Source of the DNA: Takakia lepidozioides
Taxonomy: Eukaryota > Plantae > Bryophyta
Length of the DNA: 64,000 nt
NCBI GenBank assembly: GCA_030704615.1
Contig: CM060733.1
Coordinates: forward strand, 53,630,001 to 53,694,000
Reading direction: 5' to 3'
The stretch's first letter is position 1. Each line of letters starts with the position of its first letter. The translations under genes were made by a program, and so were the position numbers. A model generated the notes under the pieces. The model was not told the DNA's origin, did no database searches, and worked only from the letters and a program-made list of their open reading frames with translations. Shown here in pieces: positions 38,177 to 52,054 of this stretch.

Positions 38177-39600
38177 TCATGTACTTGTGATATTCCAATT
38201 GCTAGTGAGTGAGAGAGTCAGTGAGTCGAGCTTCCATGGCGTTGAGCTCACTGCAGAGATCTGTTCGAATAGAAATAGACTGTGCTTCGAATTTTTTGTC
38301 AATCTCGGCCATCCAGTTTGTGCTCTTGTTTTGATGCTTGTGCGTTGGCTGGATCGTGATGGTTTCCACAGTGTCGAGGAGGGCTTGATTAATGTTGTCA
38401 ACTTGCAACTTGTCTTGGAGCTCCTATGAAGGCGGTTCGAGCCCATTCAGACTGTTGCGGTGCGGGGAGAAGCTAACGAATCGGCCTAACATCGCGACAT
38501 ATGGGCTGCTATATCATTGAGTGTAAACGATAGGATTCTTACAGGTAACATGCATCATCCCGATGTGCTTGACGCGTTCGCTAGGGGGCATCATGCAGAA
38601 GTAGGTGTCGGTGATGTTGTCATTACCCATCAGGCCGTACAGTTCCTCGAAAATGGTTTCTTGGGGATGAAGCTGGTACAGATTCTTGACTACCACAGTG
38701 AGCACATCTCGTTCTGCAATCGCCTTCTTCTCGGAACCTCTAGCCTCTGTCTTGTTCTGTTTTTTTATCCTGAGTTTGGGTTTGATTAGAATGTTGTCAA
38801 TTTTAACACCCATGTCCATGATTCCAGTACGGGTATCCTCAGTAGCAAGATAGATAAAGCCAAAATCGGTGTCGGGGCTGGGCTTGGCCACGTGTAAGAT
38901 TTCAAAATTGTCTCCATGGTCGAATGTTTTTGTTTTGAAGTGCATGGCCAGTTGCATGCCCACTGTGCCCTGTAGTACGTCGTCGATGTAGTAAAGTGAT
39001 AACCATTCGGAGGAGGCAAACAAATCATAGGTCTTCTCAACTTTACCTTGCATTTTGACATCTGGTTCGACTTCAAGGACGAAGGGTCGGTCTCCTCGGA
39101 GGAGGGCCTGCAAGCCATTTCTTGCAGGGTGTAATAGCTTGACTTTATAAGGCCGGACCAGATCTGTGTGGTTGGTTTAGAGTACACAGAGAGAGAAAAG
39201 AAGAGAGTTGTACCTAGTGGGACAATCATGTCCAGAAAAATTGTTGAGTACGGGTGAGAACCAACTCCTTGGGTAGTTCGTAGGTGGAATTAAACTGTAT
39301 CATGATATGACACAGGTTGGCCGGTAGGCCTGTCTCGTTGTTGATGATCGTCCCCTTTGGAAGTTGAGTAAGGTGGAGAAATTGGCCATCGACGTCATCT
39401 GGTCGAGTAGCAGGGTAGAGACGTTGTGGCACTCTCGGGAATGCTATTTGCAGTTGATTAACTCGTCACACTCTGAGGGTGAGGTGCCAAGTCGAAGCAG
39501 CTAATCCTTTGAGCAGTTATCCATGATTATAGGGTCGTTGTTCTCGTATGCCTAGTTTTGCATGTTTTGGAATCCATACCACAGCATAAGAGGTGCCTTG
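38177..39600 (-). mobile_element. LINE ORF1-like pseudogene, diverged copy B
   Basis: FLHLTQLPK..IWSGLIK..FEILHVAKPSPDTDFGFIYLATEDTR..VVVKNL..GMMHVTC (RNP-like), then coiled coil; homologous to copy A. Confidence 0.6.
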
Positions 39601-41449
39601 GCACTGTTGACTTCCAGGCCTGAATGATCCAGCGTTATTGTGTATTAACTTCGGGATTTTTTTGTTTCGGTTGCGGGGGCAACCTCACTATGGACTTCAC
39701 TAGAAGTCCTTTTGATGAGCATGTTGTTTGTGTAGAGTTTGTGGTGGGAGTATGCCCCTACGATGCAACCAGTTCTCCATCTGGTGTGTTGGGCATGTCA
39801 GATTTTGTCACGTTGGTGAAATGCATGATTACCGTTGTGGTGGAGAAGCTTGGTGACGGATGTTGTTGGGACAGGTCGGGCGTTTGCAATCAGAGAGGCA
39901 GAGTATTCAAGTTCCATCGTTTGGGTGAAGATTGAATACATACTAGGAGGTAATGAGTTCATACTTGTCGAGGATGCAACTGCGGATTTTTTAGGTCCAT
40001 TGCGAGAAACCTAACTAAGGCATGGACACAATTTTTCAATGATCCTAGGGTATGTATACTTATATTTCTTGGTTTTGTTCTTGCTTTCAAAATGTTTGGT
40101 TGCAAAGTTGTACGCTACATATTAGTACTTATACAACAATATTATTTTGGACATACTTGGAGGTATTTGTATCATCTCCTGATAGCAACATACTAAGGTT
40201 AAAGCCAGCTCCTTAAACGTTGATGGACATGAAGAGAGAAACATTTCAATTTTTTGGCCATTTGAAGTTCTTGAGGCATTATATGTACTAAAAGTGTCAG
40301 GATTGATGTCTCTGTCTACTCTTGCAGGCAAGATCCCAAACAATTTTATGAATCTTATGGTTGATACGTGGATAGAAGACTACACAATATTGTTTCATTT
40401 GTAATGTTTAACGATGGAAACATGCATAGTTGTTGAGAGGGATGCTCAAAGGGTGACAAAGATAGACATATGCGAGGTTCCATTTTGTACTGAAGCTGTG
40501 ATGAGTTGTATAGGGTCCCAACTGGGCCCACATTCGATATTGAGGTTCATAAGATGTTGAGAGCCATGGTGTTTTGGAATTTGTTCACAAATGTGCGGTC
40601 GGCAGGAGAGGCCGTGAAAGATGATTTCGAATTCTCTATTAAGTCCACCATATCAAACAATGAGTTATCTGTATTTGAGAAAAAAATGATATTGGAAGAG
40701 CTACAAAACATAAGTCCTTCAATTATAAAATGAATGTTTATCGAGGAGACACTTGTTGATGTAGATCCATTTGTGAACATTTGCAAGTTCCACAATGTGT
40801 TGAGGTATGCAATATAATTGCACTTTTAAATGTTTGTAAATTTGATACTTATTGAGTTATTTTTTATCTTATACATGCTACACATGCTACATGTTATATG
40901 TCTCGTATATGCCATTATACAAGATTGAAGAGAAATGAAGGTTGAATTCACATATGCGGCACCTCACTCGGGTGGTGCATTTGGAAACCTGTAATAAGTG
41001 GTTATTTCGGTTTGTACGGAAGCATACTATGTATGTCTGATAATACTTATTACTTGACAACTTCAGTTTTATTTATATAATTTGTTGGAAGAGTAGTAGA
41101 ACATCAAAACATTCTCAATATAATACGTGAAATGATTTAGATGAAGTCATGTGATGAGAGGATTTTTGTAGATGTAGGTTTTAGTTGACTATTGCATGTG
41201 GATTTTCGTTTTTTTTTTGGAGTGTGTGAGGTGCTGGCTCAAATGCTCAGATTGTGGCCCTATCAGACTGCTTACGGAGCATATTGTACAGATAGAATGT
41301 GTGTGCATGTGTCTTACTAATTATATTGATAATATTTTGAAATATGCTCAATTAAACACTGTGTTGATGTACAGAAATTGTATGATAGGAAATCTCCATT
41401 CATTGTACTTTAATATTATCTATCTTTGGTATGTTGAAGTAAATTTTCT

Positions 41450-42330
41450 CTTGCTCTGGCGGTCCCCATTAATTTATTTAATTTGAAATAGAATCAGAAT
41501 CATAAGCTGACAGTCATATTTTTATTTTAAATTATTTTAAAAAGTAAAATCGAGAATGTCAAAGCTTGTGGTTTTTCTAAATTTTTAAAATGGGTCTATC
41601 ATGTTTTTATTTTTATTTTTACTAGAACAAATCGAGATAGTTTGTGGTTCTAATTTTATTAAAAAACAAATATCGGGACTATCATGGTATCGATTCTAAT
41701 AAATTAGAATTAAAAAACACCTGCCACCTCTGCTAGTCCAAATTTTATATTTGAAAAGTTAAAATTATTTCAAAGAAAAATCGGGACCGCTAGTTCCGAC
41801 GGTCCCGATTTTATCCAAATTTTCTTTAAAATGAACCATTACGACCGATGGCAATCCTCAAAAAACAAAAAAAAACTACCAGGTGTAGCAGCCCCGCTTT
41901 TATCCACAAAAATATCTTAAGAAAAAATGGGACCGCCAGCTTTGGCCGGGCCAATTTTACCCAAATAAATAAATAAAACGTCAACTCTGGCGGTCCCGAT
42001 TTTGTCCCAAAAATATAAAAAATGGGATCGTCAGCTCTATCTATCCTGTTTTATTAAGTATTTCTTAAAAATTCAAGACCGCCAAAGCTGGCTGTCCCAA
42101 ACTTATTAAATAATTTCTTCAAAACCGAGGCCGCCAGAGCTGGTGGTCTTGAATTTATTAATTTGTTTTTTAAAATTAAGACGGTCAGAGCTGGCAGGCC
42201 TGAATTGAAATATTTATTAATTATAAGAGGATCACCAGCATCGACGGTCTTAGATTAATTACAATATTTTGAATTATTTGGAAATACCAACACTGGCGGT
42301 CCAAATTTCATTTAAATAAATTTTTAAAAT
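41450..42330. repeat. Subterminal-type array of GACCGCCA(G/A) / TGGCGGTC motifs in AT-rich spacers
   Basis: More than 10 imperfect inverted pairs; same motif family as 37.1-37.7 kb and 56.5-57.3 kb. Confidence 0.7.
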
Positions 42331-42909
42331 ATATATTGGACCTAATTAGACTTAATCAAACTTCTAAATTTTGTATACTGTCTATTTCATTGACATGGCA
42401 TTTTTTGGTTGTTTGTTTAGGCCACGTGATTGTTTTTGCGTAATTTTTTAATGTTGTCGTCAACTGCGTGTTCTTCCCCATTGATGCTTGTGAGTAACAC
42501 GTAAAATGCTTGGGACCCCATCAAATATTCGTGCACGAAATCCCCTTGCAGTTTTTTAATATCGTATGTCTGTGCAGGCCTCACTGCAGGAGGACTGCAG
42601 GCATATATACTATCTTGAACAAGGGAATGAAGAGCGTACCGTTGGGAACACGTATGAACTGAGTTCTCAGTTTGTGTTCGTTTGATGACATGAACTGAGT
42701 TCACCTTCGAAGATGACATGAGGTATCTCACTTTGTTTTCATAGTGCTCTTCAATTTCTTCCTCATCCTCTTCATCAATATCTGTTTGCTATGAAGGCTG
42801 ACTTCCCTCCGTTTTATTTATTTATTTATTTATTTATTAAATTTGTTTTTAGCCCCTGCACATCACCATGTCAGCGAATATCAGTTTGAGTTGTCAGATT
42901 ATGATTGCG

Positions 42910-43135
42910 TTGGGAGGAGGTGCTGGATTAAGCTTGTTTTTACGCAAGCTTAATCTGACGCTTTATATAGTATACAATATATAGAAAGAGATGCGGACAC
43001 CATGGAGGTAGGAGGAGGTGTCGGATTAAACTTGCTTTGAATCAAGCTTAATTTGGCGCTCTATATAATGTATGTACAACAAGAGATGCAAACACCATGG
43101 AGGTGGGAGGAGGTGCAGATTAAGCTTGCTTTATC
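42910..43135 (+). repeat. ~95-bp degenerate tandem repeat x3
   Basis: GGAGGTG..GATTAA.CTTG.TT near 42915, 43013, 43107. Confidence 0.7.
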
Positions 43136-43139
43136 TACG

Positions 43140-44400
43140 AGTTATGTCTATTGCCATTTGTGACATGCAGTCCGAAGATACGGAGTCCCAAATGATCATG
43201 TGGAATTCTCTGCTTTCTGTCATGGAATCCAATGAAGATACATGCACAAATATCATAGGGTTCATGGCTGATAATACGCAGGCAAACTTCAATGCAATGC
43301 CCCGAGTTTTTGGATCGGTAATCCAAAGGTCCTCATGCCAAATAGCTAGGGAGTGTACCTGCCTTTTCCATTGGGTCTCTAGAGAGGCAGACGAAAATGT
43401 ACATAAGATCCGAGATCTTCAAGCGGAGCATATGAGGCTCTGCTTCATGTACGAGAATGCTACTACAATGGGTGAGGCTAATACGGACAAGGTGGCTTCG
43501 TCTGGGACTGCCGATATTGAGGACGGTGTCAAAAAATTAGATGACTGATTGGGCTTCTAGCGTTTCAGATACCTGCAATCGGGAGCTTCCATGATAATAG
43601 TAAGCTTTCTTTCACCTATGGTTTTCCCACGCGTCTGCCCAAATTAGTTGAATGTTCCATGCTTCAACTCCGCACACTCTTAAAATGACGTTCATTCATA
43701 TTTCTGTTGCAAAACATACCCTTTGAAGACATTGCAGATATGCCCTCCTGCAATTTGGCGGAAACCGTTTACAATGCTTGGCTGTAGCAATCTGGCAAAT
43801 CAGGCCGACATCTCTACATTGCTACAACAGACGATATTGTGCGAGCTCTTACTCAGCAAATAAGATATCGTGATATTCTGAGAGGACGGTTTGGAGGCAA
43901 AGGACCTGATATAACAAAGTTGATGTTGACGGCTGCAACAAGGGCCAAGGCAATGAACAGGTGTACCATAGGCTCGCCTTTGCAATCAAGGGTTCCACAT
44001 CTGGAAGGCGAGGAAAGGTTCGGTTCATGCAAACGCAAAATACACCTTCAGGTTCAGATGGAGATTCACATCGCCATGACAGGGTTAACTTCTCTGATCC
44101 CATGATGTCTCCACTAGTACCAATGTCATCTGGTAACAAAGTTGTTGGTGCATCCTCATTTACCCAACCCAATCATTTGCTGGTCATTTGTCTCTTGGGG
44201 GCCAATACCACTGCAATTGCGAATAGTGTAGAAGACCTCAGGGGGGCTGTGCAGGAATCTGCACATCAAATGGACTGCTGCTGGGTCTAGAGTTGGCTGC
44301 ACAGCAATGACGGCCAAAACTTTTGTGAAATATAAGTCGATGATAGCGAAAGGCTCTGCAGGCACCCCCAACTCTTACGTTCACATGGGGATTGTTTTTC
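43140..44400 (+). pseudogene. MULE-like DDE transposase remnant
   Basis: IAICDMQSED..GFMADNTQANFNA..RECTCLFHW (CxxH) ..PSCNLAETVYNAWL (catalytic E context); probable intron starting ~43600; stops and frameshifts. Confidence 0.6.
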
Positions 44401-45167
44401 CATGAGCAGTGAGCAGACCAGCCATGAGCATGAGCAAAAGAGAATCGGAGGCGTATCTTGACAGATTCGGCGGAATTACACACTACACCACCTAATTCCG
44501 CGGGGTGTAAATGGCGACGGTTCTGGGGTAAATCGGCGCCGAATTATCCCAAAATCCGCGGAAAGAAAAAGAAAATGCATAGAAAATGGAGTAGGAAACG
44601 AAATTAAAATTGGACGGTGATATGTAAACAAGTGTGGGCAAGTCAACGCCGATTTGCTCTTTATCCGCGCAAAGCTCGTTATGAAATACACATAAAATGG
44701 CGCCAAAAAGTGTTGAGAAAAATATGAAAAAAAAAAGATAAAAAATACGGGCCGCCGTTTATTTGCAAGTCGCGCCGATTTCCCATTGCAGCATTATCCA
44801 CAAACAATATGTGTGGACGTCGTCGGAAAAAAAGCGGAATGCCGGTGGGAAGAATATCGGAAGATGAAAATTATATCAATTAACCATCATGCAACTGATA
44901 GACACAGTTCATGCAAAAAATTATTCCATTGATATGAAACAATGACTCTTAGCAGCTGAAACGTCTCCACAGGGTCACAAAGTATATATCTGTAATTCAC
45001 TTGTAGATGAAGAAGTCTGAGCACAGATTACAAAGGAAAGAACTTTGGCTGTACTTATAATATTCGACACCGAAGCCCAGAGAACCAAAGGCAGTACTGG
45101 TACTTTTGACTAGAAACTAATTGGTTGAAGCGTAGTTCCTCGAAAAGATAAGGTCTAAAAACATTCT

Positions 45168-45800
45168 CTATCTTCCTGTGTTCACATCCACAACACGAAT
45201 CCGTGAATCCTCAAAAAACAGGTCAAGAATGAGGAGTGGTGAGTGTGTCGTCCACCGCCCATTGTTCATTGCTGGATGGAGATGGCATACATAAAGATAC
45301 AACACGTCTATATTCATGAAGTTCGTGAAGACGTGCTGATATTGAAGGCCAGGAGGCAGGTAATCTATGTCCGCGTCAAACTGCCGTGCATCAACCTGAA
45401 ACCTATTTCGAGTCTGCCTTAAAGTCAGCAAGATATTCCCCGCCGCAATTGACTGAAAGAGCAATTGATGAGTCCGATCAGGGTGACAATACTGTGGAGG
45501 TGCAATGTAAGCATGGGTGTACGACACGACCAATTCTCCACAACAACATGTCATGAGGAAGAGCCAAACATGGCGTTGTCCATCTGTATCTCTCACAACA
45601 AGGATCCACTGCATTCCACTTCATTCCGGTCTGACCCAATGCAAGTCAAACAAAACTGCTCGAAATAGGGTCACCGTGCGAGTATTGCCAGCGTTTGTAA
45701 AGTGTAACTCCACCACAATGTCGCCCATTTCTGGTTCTCGCCACAGCGATCGTCGGCATCCACTTCGGCGAATGCAGGAGGATGTATTGCAATAAGACAT
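45168..45800 (-). pseudogene. Unknown ~210-codon reading frame broken by one TGA (probable TE cargo)
   Basis: ORFs 45621-45962 and 45168-45614 are in the same frame; globular-looking composition; no family recognised. Confidence 0.35.
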
Positions 45801-47870
45801 ACTGCTGGTAAACGTGGAAGTGAAGAAAAAAACGTATGAGCTCCAAGATGAGCATGAACATTGAATTTTGAAAGCATCAGCCTCGGACTCTCCTTTATTG
45901 CGAGCCCTCCTTCCAACGACTACGTGTTCATGACCCAAATAACAGTTGAATGAGAAAAACAATGGTCAACAGGTGGTCTGACAAACACATGGGCTGTTTC
46001 ATCTGTGCATGTCAGCTTTGTTTGTGCTGCCTTATTAGACAAGTACAAAATGGCAGATATGGGCCACATGCATGTCAGATTGGGTTTTTGTGAATGCAAG
46101 TATTGCAGGTGACATGATGTCAAATGTCAGAAGTCGGCGCCGACTTCCCAGTGAATCGCAGGTCGGTCAGAAATAATATAAAGTGGAGCCCACCCCAAAG
46201 TTACTCGGAATTGAAAATGTGGAATTTGAATTGCAGCATAAATTTCGAAAATTTCCATGTTCTTCCTTTACTAACGGCAAGTCGGCGTCGACTTCCCCAG
46301 AGATGTCCTAAAATTTGTTAACTTCCTCAAAGTATATGAACAATTGTCCTTCATTCATTTAGCCTCACAAGAATGATTTGTCAGGGCCGGAATCACCCAA
46401 CACGCATCTATACCTTGAAATAGTTAGTTGGTGCCGAATTCAGTGTCTTTGAAATCCCTAATTTGCAAAAGAGAAGATGGGGTGGGCATTCATCCACATA
46501 ATCTCGGAAGAGCACAAATGACCTCAGGTTTTTGCTATAGAATGTGACGACAATTTATAAACGACAAAATTACAACGTTTGAGTGCCAAGTCCGCACCGA
46601 TTACACAGGCTCCAACACGAACGCAGGAGCTCAACTACAGGTGATAAATTATTCCTCAACCAACATAAAATGTACCTGGAAAGTCATCACAGAAAGATCG
46701 TCTGCATAAACGGAAAATAACAAAAGGTTCGCCTACACAATGGGCAGGCGACGTTCATCTGCAACCATGTATCTATGCAAGCGGAGTGGAAACAGTGCCC
46801 ACACAAAGTCAAAGTTCGCACGGAGTCTGCTGGCTATGGACACTCCATACAAATACTACAGGCATCGTAAGCAGACCCTTCATCAACAACAATACATTCG
46901 GGAAAAGCCGTGGAAATGAAATCCAATGACAAACCAATCCAATGCGGATCAGAGTCGTCGACGCCCATCTCGTCAACGTCATCGTCGCCGATTTCGACTT
47001 CAAGCCCTTCTTCCGAGTCGTCCGAGGTCGAGGAATCAGATAATGCATCGAGCTGTGGGACTATAGATGCATGGAGTACTTCGTGTCTTGCAAGGCAATC
47101 CTCTAGTATATCTGCCTATTTTCTAGTAATTTTCTAAGCAGAAAACCCCTTTAAAACTAATTATTTAGGCTGGAAATTCACTCATAATACAAAAATAGGC
47201 ATTAGGTAGGAACTTATCTAAGCTTTCCAATGACCTATGGCTTGGCCTCTAGATACTTCACTAACCCCTTCTCATTGCCCAAAAACCCTTCTCATGGTGA
47301 GGAAACCATAGGGAAATGGCCTTATAGGTCAAAACACCCCCTTAGGCCCTTAATATGTCATCCTGGTCAGAAAGCTCCCTGTCGTCGTCCTCAAAATGGT
47401 CAATCACCGCTTTACTAGAATTGTCATTCATCACACGATCATTATAATTATCATCTTTTCATCTCATGAACAAGACTTACACATTCAACCATTTCGAATT
47501 TTGTCCCCTAGTGACTCAGGGCGTATAGAACAATACATTATGTACGGCGCCTTTGCAGCAAACCATGTTGGGGTCGGTATTTTTGGAGGAGGAAAGGAAG
47601 GATTCAAACAGAGTTGTAGTCGAAAGTATTGTTGTGCTCCACGATGATTTTGACGACGGCAGGGATTGGCGAGTTCCACCATCGGACAACGTCATATACA
47701 GGGCTGTTGGGGACTTCATTTGCCCGCAAAATGCGTCTTCTATCCTAGCGCTTCCACGAAACAATCCGCGAATCAGAGAGTGGGTACCTCAAAGAGAGAA
47801 GTCCGCAACGAAGTAAATCTAGAGCCGCTGTGCCGCCAGTCTATTTTTCGTCTGAATGGCACAGCCTACA

Positions 47871-48650
47871 TTTCCATCCGAGGGCGCTCAGATGAAGTCG
47901 TCTTGGGGGAGAGGCCGACACGTGACTGACAGAGAACATCCCCCAGATGGAAAAACGGCGCCGAATTTCCATCCGAGGGCGCTCGGATGAAGTTGTCTCG
48001 GGGGGAGAGGCCGATACCTGGCTGACAGAGAATATCCCAGGGATGGAAAAACAGCGCCGAATTTCCATCCGAGGACGCTCGAATGAAGTCGTCTCGGGGG
48101 GAGAGGCCGACTCCTGGCTGACAGAGAACATCCCCCGGATGGAAAAACGGCGCCGAATTTCCATCCGAGGGCGCTCGGATGAAGTTGTCTCGGGGGGTGA
48201 GGCCGACACCTGGCTGATAGAGAACGTCCCCCGGATGGAAAAACGGTGCCGAATTTCCATCCGAGGCCGCTCGGATGAATTCGTCTCGGGCGGAGAGGCC
48301 GACACTTGGCTGACAAAGAACCTCCCTCGGATGGAAAAACGGCGCCGAATTTCCATCCGAGGGCGCTCGGATGAAGTCGTCTCGGGGGGAGAGGCCGACA
48401 CCTGGCTGACAGAGAACGTCCAACGGAGGGAAAAAGGGCGCCGAATTTCCATCCGAGGGCGCTCGGATGAAGTCGTCTCGGGGGGACAGGCCGACACCTG
48501 GCTGACTGAGAACGTCCCCCGGATGGAAAACGGCGCCGAATTTCCATCCGAGGGCGGTCTGATGAAGTCGGCTCGGGCGGAGAGGCCGACACGTGGCTGA
48601 CAGAGAACATCCCAGGAATGGAAAAACGGCGCCGAATTTCCATCCTCGGA
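47871..48650. repeat. 96-bp minisatellite x~8 with internal hairpins
   Basis: Unit ATGGAAAAACGGCGCCGAATTTCCATCCGAGGGCGCTCGGATGAAGTCGTCTCGGGGGGAGAGGCCGACACCTGGCTGACAGAGAAC..; shorter related units at 48790-48930. Confidence 0.95.
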
Positions 48651-50819
48651 CGCCCGTATCGACCCATCATCAACAATTTTCAGTCGTTGCATTACCTTTC
48701 TCGCGTTATTTTGTCTAATCCGACACTCAACTTAGAGTTTTCTCCCTTCGGGCCACTTTTTTGGCACGTTATCCCTACAAATGTCGTCCGCTGGAAACAA
48801 ATTCGGAGCCGGTTTTCCATCCGGTCGAGCTCTGACTTACCTGCACGATGGAAATTCGGAGCCGGTTTTCCATCAGGCCGAGCTCCGACTTACTTGCACG
48901 ATGGAAATTCGGCGCCGTTTTTTCCATCTAGCAGGTTGTTAATGAAGTCTCGGGGGGAGGGAGGGCCAGTTGGCGCCTATGGGCGAGCTCCATACCTATG
49001 ACATTCATGTGCGCCGGCCCGCATTAAATGCCCCCCGCCGTCGGTTTTGAATTGGACGTTCCACACGGATTCCGCGCTTGCTTCCCGGATACGCCTTGGA
49101 CACCTGATGTGACGGGTGGATGAAGTTCCATTGGAGGCCTGTACGCACACATTCTGCGGGAGATTTTTTGGTTACTCGGACTTATGCCACGTGGAGAAGG
49201 GCGTGGCTCTCTTGAGAGAAACCCCACATCAAGACCGCGGCACAAACTCAAGCCTTTGTACTACGGGCGGCATCCAACGTCTCGCATGGCCAAACTGAAG
49301 CTCCAGCAGGAGATCCCTTGTCTTGCTCACAGCCCGCGCCAACTGAAGCCGAGCACTCTCAGGCGAGCCCCTGCTTCTTTCGCTTTATGAAACATGTGTG
49401 GTCGTCTTCTTCGCTTTGTTTTGATTGTTTTGGCATCCTTCTGCTGCTTCTGCATGTGATTGTTAGCCATTGCTTGGTTTTGCTTTCATGGTTGTTCCAT
49501 GCCACTCCCTACTCTGCCTCTCATGATTGTGGCTCGTTTGTTGCTTCCATTTCATTGCGATTGTGGTGCTCATGTTGGGGATGACAGAGTGAAGACGAGC
49601 GCGACACGGTGGTGGTATCATCGACAGCTCCAACTGCTCGAGCAGTCACTCCAAAAGCGGCTACTCATCGAGCGCAGTCAGACAATCGTCGGCAGCAATC
49701 GTCGGACCTAGTGCTTGGCATTTTTGGATCGCCAAAGTTGGGGCAGGAGGGCACACACAAACTTGCTCCTTTTGTTGGTGGACGGGAGGACCTGCAGCGG
49801 GAGTACTCCATAATAGGCATTCGGGAGGTTGGTGCAGCCGGCATGGCAGGTGAAGGGCGTTGGATGAGGACAGCAGATCCGCCAATTGAGGAAGCTGATG
49901 CACATGCAGGAGGGCCCGCCCACGCAAAGAAGAAGAGGAAAGCCAAGCACATGCAATCCCCGGCGAGAGAGCCATCACAGGCCGTGGAGGGGGGAGTAAA
50001 CACGGCGCGTGAGGGTGTCAGTTCCCCTCAATCAAAGGTGGTCATCCTGGAGGTCTCCCTTGCTGCTACGCCTAGTAAGAAACAGAAGGCCCGTGAGAGG
50101 GCAAAAGAGAGGGCAAAAGAACAGGCGAGACAAAAGGCTAGCCAGGAGGCAATGAAGAGGCCAGGGGTGTGGAAATGACAGATGCCCATGTAAGCGAGGG
50201 ACACACAGAGACGGTGGATCCTTCCAAGACACCAGAACAGGCAGTAACACACCGGCTGCATTCTTACCGGTTACGCCATCGCGGGTGGGAGCAGCCCCTG
50301 CAATTACCCATACGGTGGAGACTGGGGGAGGGGAAAGAACACCACAAAGACCACGGATTGTAGGAGGTGGAGGTGAAGCCGGGGAGAGGGCAGTAGAGAC
50401 GGGGAGAGGGCACGATGTGGATGCGACTGTGCCTCGTATCACTCGACCTAGTTTAGTGAGAATGATAAAATACACTAGTGTTTTCGAAATGAAAATAAAA
50501 CTGGTCGACATGTTGCGAAAACTAATGGTGGCGTATTGGAATTTGTATTATTATGATCTTAAGGTGAATAACCCGAGGAGGTGCACCAGTTTTGGTTACT
50601 CATTGATTTTGCAGCAGAATTACTTGGTGTTGTTCGGGATGAATATTTGAGAGAGGGTTGTCAATTCGCATGTCCGGATGTGGAAATGAATTATGTTCTT
50701 TTCTGCTGCATGTCCTTATGTTTATTTAGGGGCTTTAACATGTACGTCATCAATAGTTGCACATATTAGATGACAAATAGATTACTTGGTTGGAACCTGT
50801 AATCATTAGAAGAAAAACA

Positions 50820-51850
50820 CGGAATAACCACTCTGGTAACCACTCATTTTGAGTGGAAAAAAAACACCCAAACACTCTGGCCCTAGAGTGGTCCAGACCC
50901 AGTGGATCTTGACTCAGCAGTGGTTAAAGACATGACGTGTCCAAAGTGATTAAAGACAGTGGTTACGATCACTTGCCTTCGAGTCCAGCTGTTCGCTTAC
51001 GTGTCACGGTGGTAAATTAACCACTTATGACATGTCATAGTGGTAAGCCAAGGCACGTCTGACGTGTCACAGTGGTAAACTAACCACTTCAGAACATAGT
51101 GATCCAACCACTTCCACCATATGCGACGTGGACGCAGCAACTCCGTCGATCATACTTAGCAGTGGACGGACACGTGTCCGTATCCATATGGACACGTGGC
51201 CGAATCCAGTTAGACGATTATGGGCTCCATTATCTAGACACGTGGCGATATTGCAAATGAGCACGTGCCCTATTTTAGGGATATGCTGAAAAATGCAATG
51301 ACTTCACAAACAACTATGTGAGTGAGACTTAAATGATTCTAATAGTCATGAAACGAGAATAAACAATGTATATTATCACTGAATGTGTGGTTCTAATAGT
51401 ATTGATGTGTGCTAAAACCACTTACTGAGTGGTTCTACCAGTATCAATGTAGTGGTTATACCAGTATCAATGTAGTGGTTAGGTTGTGTGCTAAAACCAC
51501 TGACGAAGTCATCCAGTGTGTCCCACCAAGTAGGAACCATGTATTTGAATTATTACTACCAGAGTGGTATGTAAGTGATTGGTACATCTGGAGGAGTATA
51601 ACCACTCTTGCATATTGTCACAGTCTTACATATACCACTGACAGAGTGGTACCAGTATCAATGTAGTGGTTAGGTTGTGTGCTAAAACCACTGACGAAGT
51701 CATCCAGTGTGTCCCACCAAGTAGGAACCATGTATTTGAATTATTACTACCAGAGTGGTATGTAAGTGATTGGTACATCTGGAGGAGTATAACCACTCTT
51801 GCATATTGTCACAGTCTTACATATACCACTGACAGAGTGGTGTGTAAGTG
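50820..51850. repeat. ACCACT/AGTGGT-rich subterminal-like region with a 191-bp exact tandem duplication (51460-51650, 51651-51841)
   Basis: Direct comparison; the duplicated ORF translations in the track are identical. Confidence 0.85.
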
Positions 51851-52054
51851 ATTCATACATTCCCATACAATTCTCCTACAATTCCCATACATTCGAAGTG
51901 AATCTGCAAATCCAAATACTCTTGAAGATTCACCATTCAAAAAACATAATAGAATCCAAGACAGTAAGTGTTGGAACAGAGTCAACAAAATCCAGCCATG
52001 AGAAAGGGTGACATACTACATCTACACTACGTCTCCGCAGGCATGCTAGAAGCC

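Noticed and set aside
47871-48650. CRISPR-like array of palindromic repeats
   Set aside because: Whole 96-bp units repeat with no unique spacers; eukaryotic context; no cas genes.
47841-48692. Long ORFs on both strands (up to 283 aa)
   Set aside because: By-product of a GC-rich repeat whose length is a multiple of three.
49609-50650. Low-complexity basic ORFs as a TnpA-like gene
   Set aside because: No recognisable domain; fragmentary.
51448-51668. TGTAGTG as CACTA termini
   Set aside because: Occurs three times inside duplicated units with no partner TIR or TSD.
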